Shown here piece by piece: positions 36,506 to 48,423 of a DNA stretch of 64,000 nt. The notes below the pieces were generated by a model that did no database searches, was not told the DNA's origin, and saw only the letters and a list, made by a program, of their open reading frames with translations. Location of the stretch: positions 124,001 to 188,000 of the forward strand of contig CT868053.1 in assembly GCA_000165425.1 (NCBI GenBank), given 5' to 3'. How positions within the stretch are numbered: position 1 is the stretch's first letter; each line of letters starts with the position of its first letter. The DNA is from Paramecium tetraurelia (taxonomy: Eukaryota). The position numbers and the translations under genes are program-made.

Positions 36506-36638
36506 TTGTGAGTTCTCTGGGTAGCTTGTTGAATTATTTGAAGAATTCAACAGCGACAAATCAAACATCAAACAATCTCCCATTCCTACCCAATTGTTAT
36601 ATCCATGGATGTACAACAAAACCTCAGGAATGATTAAG
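36506..36638 (+). ncRNA. Candidate two-hairpin H/ACA-type snoRNA
   Basis: Hairpin 36526-36535/36544-36553; H box AAACAA at 36570-36575; second hairpin CATTCCT/AGGAATG; pocket complementary to conserved 18S UGAUUUGUC-UG-GUUA; canonical ACA absent. Confidence 0.55.
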
Positions 36639-36806
36639 TGTTCTCCTTAATTTATTCTTTAATTTCCCTTAAATATTATGCAAATTTTATATGGGTTTTC
36701 ACTCCAATTCAATAATCAGACAGTGTTTGGTCAGATCAAAATGAAATGGCCTTTATCAAAATTACATATATTAAGTAATTGATTATATAATAAAATTTCA
36801 TTCATA

Positions 36807-37927
36807 ATGAAAAGGTCAATTAAGTAGCCTGCTTCTTCCTCCTATCAATTTCTCGATAAGCTAGGTGAAGGGTAATACTAATCATAAAGAAAATAGTGCT
36901 TTCGGTTACATTTGGAAAGTCAAACACATTTCAAGCGGTCAAATATTTGCTTGTAAGCTTGTCAAAAATTCTATGAGGAAGGAAAAAAAATTACTGCAGA
37001 GAGAAATACAAATCTTACAAATCCTTAAGAGCAAGAAAGGTATTTAAATAATAAATACATGAAGGATTTACATAGTTGTTTGCATCTGGGTCTGATTAGC
37101 AAAATACATACTTTGTTATGAATCTGATGGGAGAAAACTTGGAACAGCGTCGCCAAAATTAAGGAAATTTCAATAAAATCTTACCTATTGGATTGGAGAT
37201 CATCAAACTTTTGAAAGAACTCCATTCGTTAGGAGTAATTCATCGAGATATCAAACCAGAGAATTTTGTTATGCAAGATGGTAAAATCAATCTGATTGAT
37301 TTTGGACTTTCGAAAAAATACATTATTGATGGTCATCATATTCATTACAAAGAGAATAAAGGAATGATAGGGACTGCTAGATATGCATCTATAAATGCCT
37401 TAAAAGGCATAGAACAATCCAGAAGAGACGATTTAGAATCCTTGGGATATATGCTCATATATTTGCATCAAGGCAATTTACCTTGGTACTCTATTAGTGA
37501 TCAAGATAAAGAAATCAGGTACTTAAAAATCAAAAAAATGAAAAAAGCTCTAAAAATAGATAAATTTTTTGGTTTGCCAATTTAATTATCAAGTTTTATG
37601 GAATATGCAAAAGGGTTAAAGTTTGATGAAGATCCCAACTATGAGTATTTGATCTCTCTATTCTCTCAAGAGGAAAGCGGAACTCGTCTGGCATTACAAT
37701 ATTTTCAGCCAAAACCTGCTATTAGACTAAAATTTATTTAAATGTAAAGAACGAGTTTTCGTTCTCCTCCTTAGGAAATTAATTCAAGCAGAAAAGCTAG
37801 CTTTGAAGAATCTTCTTCAGCTGGGTCTGACATTCAAGAAGAACTTAAAGAATCCATAAAATTAAAAAATTTTATTGTTGGAATAAAACAACCAGCTGAC
37901 AGTCCAATCTATGTGCAATAGAAGTGA
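36807..37927 (+). CDS. Casein kinase 1 family kinase
   Basis: LGEG|AFG, HRDIKPENF, IDFGLSKKY, GTARYASINA, EQSRRDDLESLGY. Confidence 0.95.
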
Positions 37928-38199
37928 TGCATTAATATACTTCATTTTTATAATTAATAAAATTTCGTTAGGCTCAGCATATTTCTAATGAAAAGTATTC
38001 TATATATAAAAAACCATCCTTCTTATTTTTGTTGTTCTCATAGATGATACCAAAAATTCACTTCTAAAATCAATAGAAATAGTTTATAAAACATGATTAA
38101 AATAAGAATTGCTCTTTAAAAGAACTGCCCGATTTTATTTTTAAATTATTTTTGATTATATATGTGAGAAAAGATCTAAACCTGGATTATTTTTTCTTA

Positions 38200-38900
38200 A
38201 AACAAATATAAACCTAAAGATCTATTAAAAGCAACATTACCTTTAGTTATGAGGAATAGCACTAGCCTTAGTTTGTTTATTATTTAAGTGGTTCATATTT
38301 TTATAAGCCATATCTAAATCAATCGTCATCTACACTAATAGTTTAGCTGTCTAATTATAACAGGATAAGGTGCTTCTACTCCTCTCATGATTGACATATT
38401 CAAATCCATAAGAATCAATACAATATTCTATTAGTATTAACTTTTCATGTTTTTCAAACTTCTATGTCTGAGCATAATTCAAAAAGTTTATATTTCTTGT
38501 TAACTTTTGACTGGCTTACTTTTTTTGATGGTAATTTTAAATATAAATTCCACTCATTCAGATTAAGCAACTTCTAAGTGTTATTCTTAGGTACTTTAAA
38601 ATATTGATGAGATTATTTGTAATCTTTAATTCAAAAGGTTAATATTTATAAATTTCCTGAATAAATTGATTTATACATAACTTGAAATTATTACTTGATA
38701 TCTTTGCTATGTTTACTGAAGAAGCTATGTATTGGTTGTAATCATCTGTGTCGAGCAAAACCTAACGATTAATGAAATTTAGAAAAGAAAAGCAATCCTG
38801 AATACCAATTATTATGGTTTATTGGTGTTTTAATAAGAACCTTTTGAAAAATCCTAGTCCTACTCCTAAGAATAATTGAAATTTAATGACTTATAAAATC
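38200..38900 (-). pseudogene. Decayed hybrid histidine kinase copy
   Basis: Remnants IKTPIN (H-box region) and IVLILMDLNMSIMRGVE|TAKLLVQM (receiver), with an intron remnant at the same position as in 39072-41668; frameshifts and deletions; limits approximate. Confidence 0.7.
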
Positions 38901-39071
38901 ATTCTGGATAATAATAAATTTAAAATATATTCTAAAAATCAAAATATAAGGATAGCCTATTTATCCTCTTAATAAGCAATTTAACTCTTCTATATTTTTA
39001 ATACAAAATGATATTTTAATTTAATTAAGTTAATGAAAATATAAACACACAAATAGAGACTCAAAATGTTA

Positions 39072-41668
39072 TCATTTAATACTTGACGAAATTGCTTTGG
39101 ATCCAAAAATATAATTTTAAGATTTAACTTTGATTTCATTAATTCTCAAAAATGTTTCTTACAAACTCCTTATAAATACAGGTTTAGCAATTATATAAAT
39201 CATTCCTGCCATTAGACATTCTTATTGAGTATCTTTATCATCATGCGCAGTACAAGCAACAATTGGTATGTAATCGATTTCACCATCTTGCATCTATTGG
39301 ACGAGAACCTTTGTAGCCTAGAGATGGAACTTAAGATGCATATATACCTTAATTCCGCCCATTATAGGCATATCTAGATCCATGAAGATAACTTTGATAG
39401 ACTTGTAATGTTTTGTTACTAATTCTATACATTATTAGCCATGGTAGGCACTAATAAAATTTTTGAATCCTAAACTCTTGAGCATTAGTTTCAGAGTGTC
39501 ATGATTGAATGGCTCATCATCAACCAGCATAATGGTTTAATTCATGTCTTGTCTGATGTCTATTGAATCTGTAATACGTTTCACATTGAAGGAGTGATCA
39601 AAAGCCATCGAAATAGTTAGTGATTTGTCAATGATTTCCTTTTGAAAGACAGATTTGTGAAAAGGAAGGATGCTTTGTTGGACTGGTTAGTTCTTTAATA
39701 GAGTACTTTTAGGAGAGGTTTGAACCATTTAAGTGCTCAATTAAAGTGGTTTATTTGCAAGCGGTTCAACATCAATTTCATATTCTTCTAAGATTTTATC
39801 CCTACATATAATAGTATGATATACGATGTTTGATTCTTATTGGTTGTAAATAATGATATGTGATTTGGTAGATGTTTTTTAAGTGAATTAGAGTTTTTTC
39901 TTTAGAAACTCAAATTCCTCTAACTGACTTCGAATGACTACTAGAGATTTTCTTATTGGCAGTTGAGACTGATAAAAAAATGATAACTCGCTCCATCATC
40001 CAAATCATGATTTATTTATAAGGAACACTGAAAATCACTTAGAAAATAAATTAGTTTATTCGTGATCTGCAGTGTAAGACTAAATTTGAAAGTCGATCTT
40101 TTGGCAATTGAATTACGAAATCCATGAATGCATTGGTTTTATAGTTTAGCAAAATTGTTGATTTATTCAAATTGTTCTTACTTGAATCCTTAAACATTAT
40201 CATTTATTTTAAATTAAACTTAATTATGTTCAGTCAATACATCCACTTTTAATTGAATTTTCCCTTTGATTTATGTGTGTCTATATGATTTGTTCAATAA
40301 ATTGAATAGGATTCGCTCCAATCTTAATTAATCAGTAGATAGGTATATTGGTCTATCATAAAATGCTGTAATCAAATACCTCTCATTTATGTCGAAGGGT
40401 TTGGAATTCACCGTAAAGACGACTTGAATCTACTTAGCTCGACATTGCAATTCGATCATGTCGTAAATCAATTGTAAAGTCTTATGTAAATTGACCTTAC
40501 TCACCTTAAAAGTAACTAGTTTTGCTGAATTAACATAATCTAAAATGTCCTAGACTTAATAATATTGGATTTTTGAATTGATAAAGGCAGGCTTCAAAAA
40601 GTTAGACTTTAATTATTCATCTATTGTGTTGTTCTCTTAAACAATGGCTTATAAGAACCCTAGAGTGGTGTTGAGAGGAGTCTTCAATTTGTGTGTAAAT
40701 ATTTTGGACAAACTTACCTTGAACTTATCAATGTATTTATTTTGTTTTGATGGTATTTTATCTTGCAAACTAACAAATGCAACTAGAGTGTATACTTTTT
40801 GAATTTATTTAAATTATTCTATATATAATCTATATTATTGTTTTCGTCCTGTTGGTTCTTCGTATTCAGATGCTAAAATCACGTTATCCTTCATCTAATG
40901 CTTACCCTTTTAGTAGAATTCCAGAAATCCAGCCATAGTATCAAAAACTGAGGGTTTTAAAGTGATGAGTTGGGATTGCTGGGCCATGTCTAATTGTTGT
41001 TTGGTATAACATTTGATTTTGATATCCTTTCTGATTTGACATTGCAATTTCTGATTTTCAGAACGAGATGAAAATAATGTTGCATTTGATATTTAGATTT
41101 GTTCTGATGGCATTAAGTTGTCTCCGTTAACTTCATTTTACTTGTGGTCGAATGTGTAATACCTTACGTTATTGATGATCTGTTTTAGTAGTTTATTTTG
41201 AGTGTGCTTCTTAAGATTGGTGAAATTGTACTTTTTGTAAAGAAATGTGATAATCAGAATCAATTATTCTAAAATTGATTAAAGTATACTAATCTCTGTC
41301 ATCGGTTGAACTTATGCGAAAGTGAATGCGATAACAATTAGTAAGGTTACAAATTAAACTAGATGTTAGTCCAAAGATATCGAAAATATATTAAACCAAA
41401 TAGCAGGTACTCCTCTCAGAACCAATTGGAAACAGCAATAATACACTACGATGACTTGTTCGAAAATTAGTTGTTTTCTATGGCTCTTGTACTTGTATAA
41501 CAAATAAACTTCAGATAAGCATCAACTTTACTTACTTAAAATCAAACCAAAGAGGATTGCATTAGATATGATTGTGAACATTTCTGACTTCGTGATTCCA
41601 AAAATCAAATTGACTGCGGAAATAAAGAACATCGTTTCATTTTAATTTCTAACAGAGCCTCGAGTCAT
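39072..41668 (-). CDS. Membrane hybrid histidine kinase-like protein with receiver domain and degenerate ATP-binding boxes
   Basis: N-terminal TMs; FTHKLKTPLN; TDQLRLERILFNLL; receiver MLVDDEPFN..IFMDLDMPIMGG..IVACTAH..AKP. Confidence 0.9.
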
Positions 41669-41757
41669 TATATATTATAAGTAAATTTAATAATAACTTT
41701 TGAATGCCAATATTAATCTGTTCCAAGGAAATGAATGCATCCCTCTCCCCCAACCTC

Positions 41758-41863
41758 CATCAATTCAGACTCATTAACATTTAAATATCCCAAAATTAAA
41801 TTAATACACTACTGAATCATTTGTACTACAATTGCCATCCTATCAATAATCAATGAATTGATG
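41758..41863 (-). ncRNA. Weak candidate C/D box snoRNA, or inverted-repeat promoter element
   Basis: 10-bp terminal inverted repeat; D box CUGA with adjacent guide UUAAUGAGU; degenerate C box UUGAUUA. Confidence 0.3.
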
Positions 41864-41896
41864 CATGCAAATTAAATTAATATAAACATTTTATTA

Positions 41897-42380
41897 ATGT
41901 AACAAGTGGAGCCAATTATAGCTAAGTTGCGATTAGCTGATTTAGACGACTACGAACCCCTCAAGAAATTCCTACCCAATGTATCCTTCATCCTATATAA
42001 AATTTACCCATCTAGCCCAATATCAAGTTATCACACATAGCATTTGCATCATTATTGCTCTCAATATTATGCACCTTGTTGGGCATTGCACCAAGGGTCG
42101 TGACTGGCTTAGTGGGCGCCTTGATCCCCTCCTTTCAAGCAATAAACAAGTACCAAACTACAGGTAGAATGCAATTAAGACCTAATTAGGCGAGGTTTAC
42201 ACGTGCCTTCCTTATTTCATCATATTTTCAACCTACTTGACCTTTCAAGGATGGATAATGTGGATCTTCTCATTCATACCATGCTTCAATACCATGTGTT
42301 TATTGTTTGTGTTGGCTCTCCACCACCCCGATGTGCAATTATCTAATCAAATTTGGAATTTGTTGTAGAAAGTATTATGA
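41897..42380 (+). CDS. HVA22/TB2-DP1 (REEP/Yop1)-like small membrane protein
   Basis: VTGLVGALIPSFQAI..LPYFIIFSTY..IFSFIPCFNTMCLLFVLALHHP pattern; two tiny introns. Confidence 0.72.
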
Positions 42381-42944
42381 GAAGCAAAATTAAATATATA
42401 AAATAAATAATAAATGGGTTCAACTCTCTCTCAAATGATACAAGTTAATTTTATGGCTTTTAAGTTCATATTACTTATTCCCTGTTGTTGCCATAAATGA
42501 TTCTTTTTATTTATCATATAAAAGAGCGTTCAATTATGACTCAAGCACTTAAGTTATTTGATATGACTCTGTGTGAATATTATTTCAAGTTTAGGAATTA
42601 ATAAATAATTGATAAGAGGATTAAAATGAAATAGAAAATAGAAAAATATAATATAGAATTTATTTATTATTATACTAAAAGTGTAAAAAGCAATATGCAT
42701 CACCATAATATTAGATCCAAAATAAAACAAGACTTAATCTAAATAATGAGTGGAAAACCTATAGAATACAATTTAATTGAATATACCACATTATTTCTAT
42801 ATATCAATAGAACTTCTTTTTCCATTCGAGATCTAGTCTAAGGAAATGATTCTGGATAATAATTAAGGCTACTTATTATTTGAGATTGCGATTAAATTCT
42901 TTTCATAGTTCAGAAATTAAAATAATATATCTAAATAAATTATT

Positions 42945-43752
42945 ATGTAAGATAAGAGAGACGAACACACATACATGGCTCGATTGGCTGAGTAAACTGA
43001 AAGATGGGAGGATATGGTAATGCAATTGATTCAATGATTAGGTTGAGAACATGAGGAAGGTAGCAGAGATAACTAAAGATTTGAATAATGAGGAGAGAAA
43101 TCTACTCTCTATAGCTTACAAGAATACAGTGGGATAGAGGAGAACTGCCTGGAGAGCAATTACCGCCTATGAGATTAAGGAGAAGTAGAAGGTAACAATA
43201 AAGTGGATAAGTGTTAGATAGTGAAATATTAAGAGGTGCTCTAATATTACAAGGCAAGAGTGGAGAAGGAATTGGATTAATATTGCAATGAGGTTTTGTA
43301 GTTGATTGATCACACTCTCTTGAAAAAGACAGCTAACACTGAGGCTAGAGTATTTTATCACAAAATGAAAGGAGATTACAATCGATATATTGCAGAATAT
43401 TCTTAATAAAAGGCTCAGGAGAAGGCAATTCAACAAGCTCAATAAGCTTATCAAACAGCCTTGGAATTAATCGACAAGGACAAGTTTCCAAAAACCAATT
43501 TATTAAGATTGGGAGTTACTCTCAATTATTCAGTGTTTTGTTATGAAATCATGAGCGATGTTGCCAAGGCTTGCGAATTGGCTAAAACTGTAAAGGACGA
43601 AGTATTTATTCCCAATCTTATGTGAGGCAATCAAAGAGTTGGACGATATGGAAGAAGATCAATACAAGGATGTGACCACCATCTTGCAATTGATAAATGA
43701 CAATCTTACTAACTGGCAAGCTGAGTTACCAGATGAGGGAGGGAAGAAGTGA
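42945..43752 (+). CDS. 14-3-3 protein (divergent)
   Basis: [60 protein letters not shown]; three introns. Confidence 0.96.
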
Positions 43753-43805
43753 ATTCATTTAACATGAATATTATTATTATTATTATTAACACAAACGTAA
43801 TTTTA

Positions 43806-46800
43806 TCATTTAGGTATTTCCAATAATTTCTTCTGATCCTCAGGACTCAATTTTTAAAATATTTCCTGGACATTTACTTTTACTGAATCTAACTATTCAA
43901 AGATCCTAAGTGCACTCACTATATTAGAATCAACTTATGGTGAAGACCACTTTGATTTATAACAATTAGCAATAACCTTGAGTATCTATACACATATGAT
44001 ATACATATTTACTTATAATGCATTTTCAGGTTTCCCATTGACAAATTGATCTCCATCTTAAATTATGAATTCAGCCAGCAGATTATGCTGGATGTAAGCC
44101 TATCGTTTATCATATTGCAAAGGCAATAAATATAACCAGGTTTCCATACCCTATATTAAATCTTATCCAAGCGATTTCGGTTGTGACTTGATGATCTTGC
44201 CCAAAGCAGAGATCGAGTTGTCCCTTGCTAATCCAAACTATTTCTCATTATCTTCTTGATTTATTTGTAATTTCAAAGATTCAACCAAAGATTTCAATAG
44301 AGATTGCGAGACTTGCAAATACAATTCCTATGGAGTCTTAATAGCCATCACACCAATTCCATATACAGCTGCCTATCTCACAAAGCACACTCTATCACAT
44401 GCATACACACTTAATGCTTGAGCCAGATCAATGAATTTGTTTTGTATATATGGGAATCCCAAATACTCAACCATGTAGTCAATTAGACAAATACCAAATT
44501 GGTGCATCTTAGGAGATTTTTACTGGTCAAGTACTTTGGGTAATATTTGATTGCAAATAATTTCATAAAGTGTAAAAACAAATTCTTTGTGCGTTTTGAA
44601 TAGCGAACCAATGCATTCAGCAATTTTAACATGTAGATTTTCTTCAGTCTCTGTTTCCTCCTTAATGGCATTCTTCTCATCCTCATCCACATCTTCATCC
44701 TTTGCCATATTCTCATTCTCAGCCTTTCTTTTATCTGATTCGAGTAATAACTTAAATACTTTATCTGACAGTTCTGTGACCTCCTCGGTGGTCATAAATG
44801 GCTAAGAGACTTGTTCAATGATTTCCTTGATGCTGTCAACCTGTTCAATGATGACAACTGGATCATACTCCTTAAAGGCAGCCTCCAATATAATCCCAAG
44901 AAAATACTTAGCCCCATTCATCAATTACTAAGGATTATTAGTTTCTCTAACATTCTTGACCAAACTGACGAGACATTTGCAAGCAGAACTTCTAATGTTT
45001 GAATCTGAATTGAATTAGGACAATGGCACTATTAATTTAATGCACTTCTCAACAAAGGGGAAGAAAGACTGTCTGAGTTCTGAGATGAATACTGATAAGG
45101 TGTGAATGGCAACCTAGGCTTCCTCGTTGTCATAAGTATGCAACTCCTCCTCGTTGGTTGATCCTGTAGTATTGAGATTAAACACTTATTCAATTAATTG
45201 AAATAATGAAGGCACTACGTCTCCAAGATACTTGGTCAGTTGTTATGGACAAACCAATGCCAATCTTTGCCATCCTGAGAATACGTAAGACTTCTGTGGA
45301 TCAGCAGTTTCCAAGTTGTTTGTCTACACTTGAATTAGAATCTAAACTGTCTATTATAGGTAGGGAAGATACACTTACTCTCCTACTGCTGAAGCTATTA
45401 AAGTGATTGTCTCAATAACCTAACCTTTCAACTGTCTATATTGTTTTGTTTAATGGGTTGAAAAGATTTAGAATAAGAGAGGAATCAACTCATTGACATA
45501 AGGAACGAATAGTTTTTTGCTTGACTCTGCTGTGGCTGCAATAACACTTATGGCGCCTTCTTTCTCAATGGAAATTCCAGCAGTTAAAAATTTGATAGAT
45601 AACTAGATTAAATTAGGCAAATATGCTTCAATGCCTTTGTCGGTACCCTCAACAAAATTGGTGAGGGCAGCCAAAATGTGAGAATTCACTCTTGGCACGT
45701 CTTCCACAGTAAGTCGATTCAAGAATTATGGAACCACCTAATGCAAATAAGCCTCCTAGAATTTTGGTTTCATATCATCAGAAATCTAACCAATGGCATG
45801 ACACACAGCATATCGAATCATAGAATTGCTATTATTAAGCATAGGCAATATTAGATCGATTGTTGTTTTGATGTCAGCCACTTAGTCAATGTATTCACCA
45901 ACTTGTGATAGTGCCATTATTGCAGCATGCTAATATCTCCAATCTTGATGTCTTAACAATTCACTTACTATCGGATTTAATACTGGTAACATTTCCTTTT
46001 TGCCTTATGATTCAATGAGTCTATCTATACTAGACATTCCAAAATTGGTTGTCTCTTAATCCTCATCCTGCTCTAAATTATCGTTGAATCCTTCTGGGGG
46101 TCTCTTCCATTCATCACTAATTGTGGAACTTATTTAAATCATATGAAAGAATATCATTTCAACCAATTACATCAAGTAGACTTTTTCAAATTTGAACAGT
46201 CCTGGAAACTTTTCAACCAAACTCAATAGGGTTTCAGTTCCAATCCTTTTTACCCCAATTTCGATTTGGGAATCTCTGAAGATAGTTTAAATACCATTAA
46301 AGAAGATATTATACTATTTTCTGAAGAATTTGGGTTTAGATTCCACTATATCTGAGAACACTTCCATGATACCTTCACCTAAGGGTAAATCTGATATTGT
46401 AATTTCGAGGGCAGCCTTCATCATATTTGAAATCAAGTCCTAAAATATCTTATACTAAGTTGGCAATGAGTATTTTATATAATTGCCCAGAGCATGCATT
46501 GTAGAGGATTTAATTTTAATTTATGGACTAGCCAATCCTTGAACAAACAAAGTATGAAGATCTTGTGAATGTTTATCGAATTGATCAATCGAATACGTAA
46601 AGAGATTCCCAAGTATTTTAAATCCACATTCTATTATATCATTCTTTGGTGACAGGAACATTTGCCACAACGTCGGTAATAAGTTTGGCCATTCATTATG
46701 ATTATCATCCTCATACAAAGAACCGCCTATTTCTCCTATCGTATCACACAATTAATTTTTGACATTACTACTATTTTCCACTTCAATAAATTAAAACAGA

Positions 46801-47078
46801 CGCAATTTGATAGTTTCTTTAGTTTCTGGTACCAAATTACTCCAGACATTCTTATGACTCTTAGGAGCAAATTTGGATAGACTATATCTCAAGTAAACAG
46901 GAGCAAATTGCCTAATTTTTATTTCCTCATGTCGACAAAGATTGAGCATATATATCACAAATTCATTTGGTTATGCTTCCCTAAGTTGAGCCAACAGATC
47001 CTCCACTTGTTTCCTGCTCTAATTATTTTGAGAGAATATTCCTTAAATAATTTACTAAAGTTATTCTTGAAAATTCAT
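43806..47078 (-). CDS. IPO5: Importin-5 / karyopherin beta-3 (Pse1/Kap121-like)
   Basis: ~1080-aa HEAT protein; DWRYQHAAIMALSQVGE, IRYAVCHAIGQISDD, PRVNSHILAALTNF, LKGQTIETITLIASAVG. Confidence 0.88.
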
Positions 47079-47097
47079 AATAATAATAATATCTATT

Positions 47098-47840
47098 TCA
47101 TTCTAACTCTTCCAAATAATCCTTTACCTATGACGGAGGCAATATCCTAAAAACATGATCATCCCTGATCACTCCCACTTCAATATTCGTCGCTGTCATC
47201 TACCCTTAACATAATACTCAACTCATACCTTCAAATCCCTCCTTCAAAGTCAATAACGCAGTGTTGATAGCATCTTCAATCTCCATATCAGCATTGTATC
47301 TCTTCTCCAAAAATGCCTTTGCATTCTTTGCCTGCTTTCCAATGGCAGTGGCCTTCCAACTATAATAGGCTCCACTTGGATCAAGCTAAACTAGATGGGG
47401 TCCCTCTTCATCATATCCTGCAATAAGAATCGATACTCCAAATGGCCTGATACCTCCTCTTTGAGTTGCCACTTATACATCCTAATGTAGAATGTTTTTT
47501 GTACCTCCGCCAATTCTCTGCTTAATGTTTATACGAATATTTCCTCCTGGTATTTGAGATCATACTTTTTGACTAATTTTCTTGCTTATTAAGACAGGAC
47601 CCTAAAATCTGGACCCAATCCTGCATAAGTAGCTGCGATATTGTCTGTCAATAGAGCAACTTTTTGAACACTAGATTCTTCAACTAAAATTGACGATTGC
47701 TTCTTTTCGACTACCAAAACAACTCCATTTTTAGCCTTGATTCCTATGGCTGTGTCACCCTTTGCAACAGCATTGAGAGCATATTCGATTTATAATAGTT
47801 TTCCCTTACTACTAAATGTAGTCAATGCAAAATCTGTCAT
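47098..47840 (-). CDS. PSMA2: 20S proteasome subunit alpha type-2
   Basis: [66 protein letters not shown]. Confidence 0.95.
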
Positions 47841-47883
47841 ACTGGTGTTTGCTATTTTAAATAATTTAATTAAAATAAATATA

Positions 47884-47956
47884 TTTTATGATGAAATCTC
47901 ACTTGGCTAGTCATTTGACATTGAGCCTTCAAAAAAGATTACAATTCTCTGATAAA
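47884..47956 (+). ncRNA. Candidate C/D box snoRNA
   Basis: Perfect C box ATGATGA at 47888-47894, D box CTGA at 47949-47952, short TTTA/TAAA terminal stem, 65-nt span, intergenic. Confidence 0.55.
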
Positions 47957-48007
47957 TTGTTTATATTAGTATACTATAGATATGTCCAATAAGTATATAA
48001 TGTTAAA

Positions 48008-48409
48008 TCAGTATGGCATTGGACTTTTTCTAAGAAGATGTCTCTTAGACTTCTATATGTTCAACTAAAATCGCATCAAATTAATCCTTGGAGTGTCTCT
48101 TTCGATTCTTATTGTGTGTTATTCTAACTGCTTTACAAATTTGGATGCCAAGTCTTCAAAATTCTTCTGCTCGCTTGAGCTGTAATTCAAATAGGAGGTC
48201 TTGTTCATTTTGGCCACCTAAGGGAATTTAGCTCTGTCTAAACTCGTCATCATGTATGGTGATCTATCCATGTCACTAAGGAGTTGAGGAAGATTGGTTG
48301 ATCGAAATTGTTTTGTAGATGTTTGCTAGAATCTATTAACAGATTAACTAGTTATTTATTTAACATATTCTGCAAATGATTACTATTGACCTTTTTTCTA
48401 CGCTTACAT
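48008..48409 (-). CDS. Hypothetical protein (~133 aa)
   Basis: Open code-6 frame MQAQKKGQQQSFAEY... to TGA at 48008-48010; start uncertain. Confidence 0.5.
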
Positions 48410-48423
48410 TATTATATAATTAA

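Noticed and set aside
36500..36770. Telomerase RNA, RNase P/MRP or SECIS interpretation of the structured gap
   Set aside because: No C4A2-type template, no P4 consensus, and no associated in-frame TGA selenoprotein
42746..42883. 45-codon plus-strand ORF upstream of 14-3-3
   Set aside because: Short, no motif, within chance expectation
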